From Tubiluchus corallicola (Eukaryota > Animalia > Priapulida), in NCBI GenBank assembly GCA_030141605.1, contig JAQGDQ010000011.1, positions 1,112,066-1,176,065 on the forward strand: DNA of 64,000 nucleotides. The letters run 5' to 3'. Under the pieces are notes generated by a model, which was given only the letters and a program-made list of their open reading frames with translations, was not told the DNA's origin and did not search any database. A program made the translations under genes and the position numbers. Positions 48,906 through 61,153 of this stretch are shown one piece after another; the stretch's first letter is position 1; each line of letters opens with the position of its first letter.

Positions 48906-51344
48906 GCGAGAGATTTAGCACAATGCGCGTTCTTTCACTGGTTGCTTCAGGTCAGTGATTAGCCAGGCCAGGTCAAATCAGTGGACAAGAGCCAAAATGT
49001 AAATGTGAGGCCCAACATTTATTTGTCTTTTTTGTCCAGCCGTCCTTCAAAGCACATACCTGGTATCCAAATCCCCCTGGAAGATCGTGGATTAAACGGT
49101 CAAGGTCAGCCACCAGTAATTTATTCAACCTTTTGAAAAATGCACAAGTCAGTATCACCCACATTGACAAGGAAGACATTTCAAATTTTTCTTGAACTTT
49201 GGACTTGGCCAAAGGTAAGTTGGGCTGTAATGTGAGTTGGAGAAATATTAAATAGAAAATACAAAAACTGCAAAGTTTCATAAAGGAATTCAATAAGGCA
49301 CAAACAAAACTGCTAACAACAAACACGTCACTAAAAATGTATTTAGAAGACATTTACATTGTAAACTGTAAACCAAAATTTGGTAACAGATAGGAGAGAA
49401 ATATTGTGACTAAGTATTGACCTTCAGTAGGTGTTCAAGGTAAAAAGTCATTTTTCTGAACTGTTAAGTAGTAAGCAAACTGATCACAAATTGAAAAAGG
49501 CCAATTAAAGCACAGCAAAAATTGATAGATACATAATTTAATGTGTCAAAAATCTAAAGCATTGTGCTTGCAATACAATGAGTGCAATGCTGCAGGCTAC
49601 TGCCTTTACTTTTTATTCATTTTAAATATGTATTATATGTATTACTCTTCACTCAAATAAAGGTGCAGATACACAACTAGCAGTGACAATGATCAACGTT
49701 TGTTTGTTAACTTTCAATAATAACAAGGATCATTTCAATAATCATCTAGCCACCCAAAAACATCAGAGAGATTCTTTATCGAGATTATTTTCAATAGTAT
49801 TTATTCAGCAACAATCGTTGGGTGGGCGTGGGGTAGGTAGCTGCTGGCCATATCCTCACAATTTACGATAGGGTTTGCAACCTGAACGGTGGAGCTTATT
49901 CCATCAACAAAATCACAGCGCATGCGTGGTTAATTTTAACAAAAAATGAGCAAAATGTAATTATCGCCCTTTTCGATCAACTGGATCACATGAGGACACC
50001 CCCAGCACTTATTGCAGATGGTTGGTTCTCCAGCGTCTATAAGCGCAAACGCACGTTCAGCAAACAAAACGCAACGATTTGCCATCTCGTCTTTTTCATC
50101 AAATGCGCCGATACACCGGTTTTCTGTTTGCACAAAGTTAATAAAGTCCATTGCTTGCTCAAATAAAAGATATTTAGTTACAGCCGGCACACAGCGAGAA
50201 GTGGAAAAGTTCGAAAAAGTCAAACAAACGCCGAGCAAACGATGGATTAACCCTTTACAACGACGCCTTTGAAGCTGCTAGCGGAGACTTCCTCTTGTTT
50301 TGTGGCCGAATCCTTGGAAGAAGTGGCGCGAAGACGATTAAGATAAAAGAGGAAGAAGCTGTTCCTTCTGTATATTGATGCGACTTTCTACATTTATTTC
50401 CTAATAAAATGTCAACCAATTAGTCAGCAAATTAAGATGATAAACATGCCATGCCTTTGTACTGGCTAAAACAGTTTTAACCAGCTGTTAACAGGTTCCC
50501 TCTTTCTCATACAGTTATTGCGGTAGGGTAAACAATAAACGCCCGCCAACCAAGTTAAGTTGTGACATATCTTAATCAGACTGAAAATATTTCAGTCCGC
50601 CAAAAGTACCCCTTCTTATGGAAGCCACACCAATCTGCAAGACTGCACCCTCCCTGCTGAAAAATAATATCAAATCAGATGAACAAACTGGGGTTTGAAC
50701 TTGCGGCCTTTGGGTTACTAGTCCAGAGTCTACGTGGTTGAATGAGGAATGCTATCAAATTTGGGGCTATGAAATCCAAAAACGGTCAAAATTAGCAAGC
50801 AGCTATATCACCTCTCAGCTAAATAGGACAATTTCGAGAATCTTCTTTGCACGAAATCTCATTTCTTACATTGTTGCATTGCATAGTTTAAATAATAATT
50901 ACCTCGGATACTCAAATTTCGTTACACTTTCAAAGCTACGCGCGGCTTGGTGAATTTACTAAGATTGGCAGGGGCGCCTTTTTGTCGTGATAGAAGGCGG
51001 CACCGTGATAAGCATGATCATGAACTGCAGTGTTAGTTTCTGACTCCATATAATGTAAAGACCATTTTTCGTGACATCATGCGTTTAAGCAGTACTGTAA
51101 CACTTATGCAAATGTGCTTGACGCGCAAGGTAAGACGCCTGCCATTGCACAAACTGTGGTTAGTTTAATTAACTTTCTAAGCTAATTATTCAAATATAAG
51201 GAACAATTGTTAACTTTTATAGGCAAGAAAATGTATATTTTGGACAGTAAATTAAAATGAGATTGAGTCTAAACAATCGTCCGCTCTTCCTTTAATTAAA
51301 ACGTTTAAATTTTTGCATCAAGCTAAATACTTACTAAATTAACT

Positions 51345-51493
<149 letters not shown>

Positions 51494-54400
51494 GAAATGC
51501 GAAGTAATGAGTTATTTGTTTTCTGAGTTTTTTGCCCAACTGCCAGTCACTTTCTAGATATGTCATTTAGAACAGCGTCAATCTGTTTTCTCGTATAAGT
51601 TTTGAATACATACTAACTCTATTGTGACTATAAAAATTGGCTAAAAACTTATTACATGAACAACGTGAACAACAACACCATCACGGCGAAGCAGACGGCT
51701 TTACAAAGTTACTTCACAATCGAGTAACCCAACAAGTAAAACTAATGTGCTTAGTTAGCACTATGATAACCCCCAGCTGCACCACAATACTATAAGAGAC
51801 GTTATTAAAAAAAGAAATAAAAAACGGTCTAACCCCTTCGTCTGGTGCTCAAAGTGCGTAGAAATTGATTACATTGAATGATAAATCTCTCTCAATATTT
51901 CAAACGTTTCATGGAACCGCGCGTGGTTTAATTTCGTTAAAGTTATTAATCACTGGGCTACAATAAAAGCCACGAAGCTGATTTATTTCTATTTGCACTG
52001 AGGTTCTTTGAGAGGCACAAAGCGCGGCGCTGCATATAACAAAAAAAGCTCGAGTGGGCGATGTGCAAGCTACCATTACGGAGAGTTAGGTTAATTCATT
52101 TGCAAAAAGGAGGGGTTAATAAAGGAAAGTTTTTCAGCTACACAAGGAATGAAATCCGTGTGAACTAACCGTCTAAGATAGATACAACGTCAGAGGTGCA
52201 TAATCTTTGTCTATTGTATGCATTAATTTATTTTGATCATGTTCCTTTATCCGTTTGTGTTTTTATTCATCAAAGAAACTCTTCTGTTACAAAAGATGTG
52301 AAATCCTTATGAACTGCAATAATAAAAGTGTAATATTTAATTCGAAAGTGGCGTCATCTATAAGCGCTGTATTGAGTTTGATCATTCTTAATAGTCCCCG
52401 TGCACCTTTCCAACATAGTTTTTGTACTTTACTTTAGCCAAGTCGCAAATTTTGCCACAGAAACAAAGCGTGAAAATCTCATGATTTATAATACTAGGTT
52501 TGTTAAGAATCAGCTAATTTCATTACAGTATTATTCTTCGAAAAATTCTGTTGTGCGGCCTACACCTAGTCTTCTTGCAAAGTTTTAATACTGTTTCAGT
52601 TTTCTTATTTCTCTTAAAGCACAAGAAAACGCTCTCCACAAATAAAGCTTAAAAATTCGTCTTGAAATTTTGTACTTCTTGCGTGCTCCCTGTTACATAC
52701 AGGGCTTGTGTCAGCAATAGCGCTGTATAAAACTTGTACATTTAAACCCGCGATGACCGTTAGATGCAGCCATTTTGAGAGAAAATTGTGTAACAAACTT
52801 TTGTTTAAGTTTATCTAAAAATTTTGTAACGTAGTTGTGATATAGCATTTATTCAGTTTGATATTCTTTTACTTGCTTTATCTGTTTGTACTGTTACATG
52901 ACTAATGAAAATAGTCTTGTCAACATCATTGTCATCGTTAAATGTCGTGGTCATCAGCATTATCAATATCGTCGTCATTCGTCGTCATTCAATAAAGTTT
53001 GAAACAAAAACCAGAGCATCCGTACCACACACTTCACTAGCTAAACAAATGTTTATATTACTTTATCCTGTCAATAAGATCAATAATGTTTTTTTGTGAA
53101 TAAGTGTTGTACACTGGGAATGTAAGTCAGTGACGTTTTACCAGGTGGCGCGAATATTTTAAATTACTAAGAATTTTGTTTCCTAGTTACACAAGACTTT
53201 CAAACAGGCAAGAGTAATGCTAAATAATATAACTTTATATGGAAAGTAGGGACTCTCTTTAAGTTACATTTTCTTCCCTTTTAAGGGTACGTATATTCTG
53301 TAGTGAATACCGAGCCTTTTTTAATGGTTCACATTACAAGTTATAATCCAACGTTCAACGGGAAGCCATTAATGTAAATGGCTATGGAGGAACGGAACCC
53401 CAACTTCAAGGAAAATCTTCTAAGGTGATGGAATATGGGGCCAGCAATGTGTATGGGTTTGGGTGTATGGTCTAAATTGCGCATTTCCATGTTCAGAAGT
53501 AGTTTTCTTGGTCACCTGTTCACTTGTTAACCGGATCCGGCGTTGTTTAACTTCACAACCAAGACATTCAATTATTTTTCTCTCGCCAAACTTGCTATCT
53601 CGACTATCGTATATAAAGCATAGCATAAACGACAGAGTCTTTATCATTCTTTATGATTATTAGTTTCTGTACAACATTCTCGCCCAACTATAAAGTGATC
53701 AGAGACCTGCAATCGGTAACGCTTTGCGGCATTACCTGTCTTATCTCACCTGAGCTTAGTATCACTATGATTGGAACACAAAGCCGCCTGTACATGGCCA
53801 GCGGGTGTAAGATGAATGCTCGGCTTGATTTCTCCGCAATCTCGCAAGTCAAAAGGCGATTGAAGAAACTTTTACAGGTTCAGAAACTGTTTTCAATAAG
53901 ACGATTCAGCAACCCAACTTCAATCAGTGATTATGAAAATGACGTCTATGATATGATTTCAACAACAATAAAATAAATGAGGATGATGATGATGATGACG
54001 ATATTGATAATGCTGATGACCACGACATTCAACGATGACAATGATGTTGACAAGACTATTTTTATTAGTCATGTAACAGTACAAACAGATAAAGCAAGTA
54101 AAAGAATATCAAACTGAATAAATGCTATATCACAACTACGTTACAAAATTTTTAGATAAACTTAACAAAAGTTTGTTTAGTTTGTTACTAAAGCCCTTGC
54201 AAAACAAATGTAAGCTTGTACCTTGTATTTTTCAAAACACGTAACACCCTTCTGCAAGACTTTTACTACTTTTATTTTACAAAAAATGCCTGCTTGGCTA
54301 CTTGGTATAATTTGCCCAATTAGGCAATGTCAACTCAATATCGCATTATAGATTATACAAATAAGACAGTCACAAATGCATAAACATAACTTAACTGCTA

Positions 54401-55106
54401 ATCTTTGTATGTCAATACAGCCACCGCTTATCCTATCATAGCTAAATTGTAAACACGTACGAGTATGATATGCTCGTAAAATTGTTTTGCCGTTTACATG
54501 CCCATTAAGCACAGTGAATGGTCACTTTTCTGTCCCGTCCAATGTCCAAAAGAAAGGTAGTCAAAGTTAAAATTCGCATTTTAGTTAAATTGCTACTCTG
54601 CAGGGATGACTGACACTTGTAATAGTAGTGGCGGCACGATCAAAAGCCAGCGTCAATCATACCGCCTACTATATCCTTTACATGGAACTCTGTGCCGATT
54701 TACACGACTTTAAATAGTTCGTTATTGATCTTCAAAATATAACCTACTAAATTTGGCTAACACAATTTCATTTGGCTAACGTACAATATTGAAACTGTTT
54801 TTGTGCCTAGTTTTTTCTATGGAAATTTGTTGGTCATCATTGTAGCCGTAATCAACTTGTGTTTGACGATCGATATCCATGCGCGCGGCAGCATACACGA
54901 TAAGTGCATAGTGATACGACACGCTTTGAGGGCAATACAAGACTGGTAAATGATCAGTTGCTCAGTATACAACAGGTTCTGTCAGCTGTGAGCATGGTTT
55001 GTAAATGAGCCGACTCTCTCTCTGTATGCCTGTGTGACTTAATGCTTTCCCAACGTATAAGTAGTAGTGACTGCATACAGCGCAGTTGATACTGGCGAAT
55101 GAAAAC

Positions 55107-56921
55107 ATGTCGCCCGCAAGCGTCGTGCGACTGCACGTGCTTTTGTTGTGGTTTTTACTTCTGTGTCACAAACTTTGCCACGGATTAGATTCCAGTAAGA
55201 AAAGCCAGTGTGAGCGAATAACTATACCTATGTGTCAGGATATGCCATACAACATGACTAGAATGCCTAATCTCATGGGACACGTTAGTCAAGCTGAGGC
55301 AGCCATTCAAGTGCACGAATTTGTCACACTCGTAGAAGTTGGCTGTTCTAAACATCTGAAGTTTTTTCTGTGCTCCCTGTACGCGCCTATGTGTACGGAA
55401 CAAGTCGACATACCCATACCTGCCTGCAGGTCAATGTGTGAAGAAGTCAAAAACTTATGTCTTCCGGTGCTGGAAAAGTTCCGTTTTCCTTGGCCGGATT
55501 CGCTAAAGTGTTCCCGTCTTCCTGAAAAGAATGGTTTGTGCATGGAAATCCCGGACGCTTCTCGGGAGCCCAGTAATCGGGCAGATAGAGATAACTTCGA
55601 TATTGACCACATCGACAGGGTACTAAAACCTGGTGACTCTGGCGTTTTTTCTGTTTATAATCAAATGTTCAATTCGAAACAGCCGAGTTCCACCACTAGT
55701 CAACCGGCTCCAAAGTGTAAATCAGAAAAATTTGTTTATGTAAAACAGTTAGAACACCGTGAAGATACTCTAGGTGCTTGTGCTCCCATGTGCAGACTTC
55801 CACCGTCGGAGGGGGAACGTCCTATTAGCGTGTTCTTTCGGACGAATGATAAGAACTTTGCGCAGGTCTGGATGGCGGTGTGGGCCTCCGTTTGTTTCGT
55901 GTCCACTGCGTTTACTGTGCTGACATTTTGGATTGATATGGGACGGTTTAAATACCCCGAACGACCTATCTATTTCTTAGCTATGTGTTTTAACATCTAT
56001 TCTATTGCTTACCTAATACGTGTTATTGCGGGAGCAGACGCCATATCTTGTGACTCCACATACGTCAATAAAGAACCTGTCAGATTTCTCATTCGCGAGG
56101 GATTACAGAGCACGGGCTGTATCATTGTCTTTTTAATCCTCTATTTCTTCGGCATGGCGAGTTCAATATGGTGGGTCGTTTTGACATTGACTTGGTACCT
56201 AGCCGCCGGAAGAAAGTGGGGTCACGAAGCTATTGAGGCCCTCAGTTCCTACTTCCACCTAGCGGCTTGGGGCGTTCCTGCCGTTAAAACCATGGTGATC
56301 TTAATCATGAGACAAGTGGACGCTGATGAGTTTACGGGTATGTGTTACACAGGAAATCTGGACCCTCGGGCATTGTTGGGGTTCGTGATTGCCCCACTCT
56401 GCGTTTATCTAATCATTGGTATCGTGTTTATCTGCTACGGATTTGGTGCGCTGTTTAGAATTCGGAAAGCCATGAAACGGGACGGTAGCAATATCGACAA
56501 ACTCGAGAAACTCATGGTTAAAATCGGAATATTTTCCGTCACCTACTTAGTACCAGCCGCTTGTGTGCTAGCTTGTTACGTTTATCAATATTACAGACTG
56601 GACGATTGGATACGCCTGGCGATGAATTCAGACTGTACCAGCGATGACTGTAGTGACAATCTTAATTTTAGTATACCTTATACGTCTGTATTTCTCATGA
56701 AAATTTGCATGTCTTTGATAGTGGGCATATCTAGTGGAATGTGGGTGTGGACCAGCAAGACTTGGCACTCCTGGTACAACTTCTGTAGCCATCCCTGGCG
56801 GCGGTCGCACAGAAGGAAGATAAAAATGGCCTATCAACATCATCAAGTGCCTATTATGCAGCTGACCACTTACAGGGGTGAGAAATATTACGCTCCTCAT
56901 CAGACGTGTTCCAGAGTATGA
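55107..56921 (+). CDS. FZD9/10: Frizzled-9/10 family Wnt receptor, intronless, 604 aa
   Basis: Signal peptide; cysteine-rich domain CERITIPMCQDMPYNMTRMPNLMGH..EAAIQVHEF..FFLCSLYAPMCTEQV..PIPACR (FZD9/10 type); seven TM segments; RFKYPERPI; KWGHEAIE; KTxxxW motif (KTWHSW); C-terminal PDZ ligand SRV. First ATG is at 55107 (track start 55086 is TTG). Confidence 0.96.
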   Translation: MSPASVVRLHVLLLWFLLLCHKLCHGLDSSKKSQCERITIPMCQDMPYNMTRMPNLMGHVSQAEAAIQVHEFVTLVEVGCSKHLKFFLCSLYAPMCTEQVDIPIPACRSMCEEVKNLCLPVLEKFRFPWPDSLKCSRLPEKNGLCMEIPDASREPSNRADRDNFDIDHIDRVLKPGDSGVFSVYNQMFNSKQPSSTTSQPAPKCKSEKFVYVKQLEHREDTLGACAPMCRLPPSEGERPISVFFRTNDKNFAQVWMAVWASVCFVSTAFTVLTFWIDMGRFKYPERPIYFLAMCFNIYSIAYLIRVIAGADAISCDSTYVNKEPVRFLIREGLQSTGCIIVFLILYFFGMASSIWWVVLTLTWYLAAGRKWGHEAIEALSSYFHLAAWGVPAVKTMVILIMRQVDADEFTGMCYTGNLDPRALLGFVIAPLCVYLIIGIVFICYGFGALFRIRKAMKRDGSNIDKLEKLMVKIGIFSVTYLVPAACVLACYVYQYYRLDDWIRLAMNSDCTSDDCSDNLNFSIPYTSVFLMKICMSLIVGISSGMWVWTSKTWHSWYNFCSHPWRRSHRRKIKMAYQHHQVPIMQLTTYRGEKYYAPHQTCSRV

Positions 56922-59900
56922 AGCTTGAGCGTAGCTATGCCCATGTAAATAATGCTTTGTTGACATGTAGTAGGTGCGTCAGTATGGTTGTGATCAAGTG
57001 CATGCTGCTATAATTTATCATTAGTGTGCTTGAGTTTCTACGCATGTAATGCTTAGGAAATTAAGCGTGTAAGCTTCCCAGCTAATGATAAATTATAGCA
57101 TTTTGTCCAGAATGAAAAATTACTATGTAGATTGCAGAACCCCCAAACCATCTGTAGTCTCTCTGCTTCTCACTCATCAGCGGCGGTTTTCAATGAGTCC
57201 TTTGATCTCGCCGCCGGGGAGGTACTGAAACCATTGTGCTTTAACATTTTATGTTGTAGCGGGAAAGCTTGCTTATGCATAATTAAACAATGGATCGATA
57301 GAAACCTGATCACTTTACACGCAAGCGTCGATTTTCCAAACCTCACTGGCTTCCTTCAAAGCTTCGTTTATGTGAAGGTTAAATAGGGATGAAGAAACAA
57401 TTGCCTTAATTGGCTTTCTCTAAGGCTTCATTTTCTTAAATACAGCAAGAATATTTAAAGTAAGATTTGCAGTGGGTTATGGTATAAAACTAAAAAAGTC
57501 TGCAACCACAAATTTATCAGTTCATTCTGCAAGTTTATTATCAGTGTCATTTTTTATTGAATTATATTTATTTGCCAAAGTTCATATGGGAAAATAAATT
57601 TTCAGTCAGAATGTGGTGCCACTTTCCGTACATATTATTATACATTAAAATATATTCGCAAATAGATGAAATGACCAACATTCCCCAAGAAATTTGCTTA
57701 AATTTTATAGTCATTTCATTTGAAAAATAATTAATAATTAATTACTTTAATCTAAGTTATGGTTAAATTAAATTGAAAAAATACAAAGTAACTCAAAAAT
57801 TCTTTTTGGAATTGAACTTAAGAAAAAATGTTCTTAACTCAATACTTTTATTAATGAATGTATAATTGCTTTTTAATTTTCATGCAATATTGATTATATT
57901 TATGTTTTTTCCTAACAAGCTTAATAATTTTCTCTCAAACAATCCACTTTTATTTTCATTAAAATAGGTATAAAAAATAATAGCCTTTTTAAATGCTTTT
58001 AAACAGAAATTTTTTTTGACAAGCCTCTCGTGTTAATTTCTCTTGACATATTTGGCCTTAGTGACATGTATTAGTAATTGCGCGTTTTCTAAATGGTACT
58101 TTAAAAAGTATCGGTTTTTGAAATGTTGATTTTTGATAGAGGTAGAGAAGTGCATACATGTAATCAAAACATTACCAGTTGGTATTAGGTGTTTTTCAAC
58201 ACCTGCATCTTTGTTTTGTTTTTCGTTGATTTTTAAGTAACTTATAGCAGTATTAATGCCACATATACCAAGTTATGAACAATATAATAGTAAACTAAGA
58301 AAGGTTTTATGTGTGTTCAAACCCCTTACACTGAGATTACTTCTGAAGCATTTATTTTAGCTTCTTTTTTATGTAAAGTACTTCTTGCTAGTTTTTTTTA
58401 TTTACTGGGGTGGTTTTAGAGCTCCCATTATCACTTAGTATTGCAGATTAAATGTTTAGTATCTACTTGTCTATCTGCTTTTATTAAAATTGCTTTGCGT
58501 AGACTGAAACTGTATAATATAAAATGGCAGTGCAAAAACTTGAAAGGCACGATGTTTTTTAAGGTCTGTACTCGTCACTTAAAATAGTAATTAAATTTAT
58601 ATTTCATGATGCTTTGCAATGAAAATGCAAATTTGAAATTACTTTAGTTAAAATGTCATGTAACTTGACTTGCCCACGGCAATATGTTTCAATGTAAATT
58701 TTAATGTAATTTATAGTCATGGATTTTATGTATTTACATCGTGTAACTTAGTAATTAAATTTCGATGCATCAGTCTTCAATCAATTTTCTAAATTGGTAA
58801 TTATAGTATTCGAAAAGCGAAATTTTAGACCTTACTACAAAAATATTGCTTGTGCTTGTTAAAATTTAAGTTACACGATATTTTTAAACATTCTCACTGC
58901 CTAGATATAATTCTCGTGGCCCTTTGCTGTTTGATGTTTGCTTTTTTAGTATTTGTTGTTTACAAATTGTAATAAGTTGTTTGTTTGCATTGAACAACTA
59001 CAGTAATAATTGTTGTATATACTTGATTAATTTATCCTAGTCGTTGATAAATTGTTAGATATATTTTGCTGGTAGTGTAATTATTTAATAATTTTTTTCG
59101 CATTTTTCTACATTATTGTTTAATTTTTAACCTACTACTTATTTGTATCTAAGGATATATACGAATTAATACCTGTCTTACTGCTTCACTTGTGTTAATT
59201 CACTTCCAGCTCTTCATTTATTTATGGTTTTCATTTGTAACAGTAACTTCTATGCCAAAACTCTTATTCCCTTTTGTATGATAAGTATGAAACATTTTGT
59301 AAATATGTACATAGTTACGAATTTGTAGTTCATAGTTTGTATATTTTATAGACCAAATGTAAATAATGAAGTTCTTTGAAATACAATATAAGACGAAGAT
59401 GAATTACACTAGTTTTTTGTTATCTGCATATAATAATTAGTATGGCTAGAAAATTCCACCTGTAGGCCAGTCAGTACTAGGCCTATTTTGCTCTCTCTTG
59501 AGGCTGCAGCTTCAAGTCTGTCATAAACGGTGGAAGATCATGCCTTGGCTTCCTAATCTTCTATTTCTATTAGATATCTGGAAAACAAATACAGAAAGAA
59601 TTCCAGCTTTTGCTTTCCAAGTGCCAATTTTTTGTTGCAAGAAAATAAATTTTCTACATCTGTGAGAGAGGTTAACCCTTTTTATCAAACTCGTGAAAAG
59701 TCCCTTCTGACGAACGTCCACATGGCAGACGCGATCGCTGTTATATATTACGTATCAAGCAGTTTTCTTTGGTGAAGAAGTTTCCTGTTGCTCTCCCTAG
59801 CGGTCAAAAAATTGTAAATATGGTGTAGACTTAACTGATATTGTCACTCCAATTCAAATAAATAATTTCTTCGGCTCTCTTAGAAAAAAATAAATTTTAT

Positions 59901-59952
59901 TTGAGAAAATAGAGCAAAATAACAGCAATCTTGACCATTCGTACATTTGGAT

Positions 59953-60141
59953 ACAGTCAAACGTCTTTACACCGCTAAATTGGGGTTCCAGAAGAAGTTG
60001 CGTTAAAGAGTTTGGCACTACATATAACGAGGTGCATTAATACATATATGTCTGTGAGAATATAGACATTTTGTTTACCAAAATGTGCGCGTTAAGCGAG
60101 GTTGGCATTATACATTAGGCGTTATAACAAAGTTTGACCTT
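59953..60141. mobile_element. Short Tigger-like MITE
   Basis: TA-cagtcaaacgtctttacaccgc ... gcgttataacaaagtttgacct (imperfect TIRs). Confidence 0.45.
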
Positions 60142-61012
60142 GGTAAGAAATGAAAAATTGTTCATTTGCACACTCCACTCTAGCCCAGTGGTCACTCGTG
60201 ATAAAGGGAACAGTCACAAGCTACTGTGGAACAATGGTAAAAATGATACTATTTTTTACAGTAAATTCGGAAAAATATCATTCTTGTAATTTATATATAT
60301 TTTTGGATCTTTAAATTACGTCGAGTGATTGAGTGATATTTTTATCCTCTTCTTAAAGAAAGTGGAAAAACAGTTTACGACAAAGAATTCCATAGACAAG
60401 ACTCCGAGGAAAGAACTGTGGTTATAAGCTATGCTGCAGCACGAATAGCAGTAGTAGCTCTGCATGTTTTAAACTCACATGAACAAATCTTATTTCCGCG
60501 TCGCGGCTCGTTTGTGAAGGCCTCTCCTCGTCTGTTTACGCCTATAACCTGTAATTAAAAACACTAGAAGATAACAGCAGAGTGCGGCGCACCGCCAAAG
60601 CAACGTAAATATCAGCTGTGTTTTTCGGGAGAACTCAGAGCAGAATAAGGAGGAGGTAGAATCAGCCTCGTCAGTTTCCAGTAATAAGCCGCACAGATCT
60701 CAGGAATTTCAACCGACACACCAATGAGTTCAGTAGACCCTGCCTTTAGGAGCATTGCACTATACTATACTCCCTCTTCCATCACCACCCCAAAAATGCC
60801 TAGGTGTTCCATTCTTAGTTCCTACATACAGGTGAACGAGTTTAAACGCATAGTTTAGTGGTGTAATATATACACACAAGATAGGCTTTTTTATTTTCTT
60901 TTGTTTTTGCTTTATCATAGTATTTATTGCACAAATTTGAGTTTTATGCGCGCATTTACTTGCACGATTACCGTTCTCATATACAACATGCTGCTTCTCA
61001 TATGTTGTGTTA

Positions 61013-61153
<141 letters not shown>

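Noticed and set aside
48973-50272. Intergenic ORFs of 60-126 aa upstream of Frizzled
   Set aside because: No recognisable domain or coherent splice pattern; consistent with chance ORFs.
55185-56966. Antisense ORFs over Frizzled (and similar ones over the nested gene and exons)
   Set aside because: Shadows of real coding sequence with no recognisable motifs.
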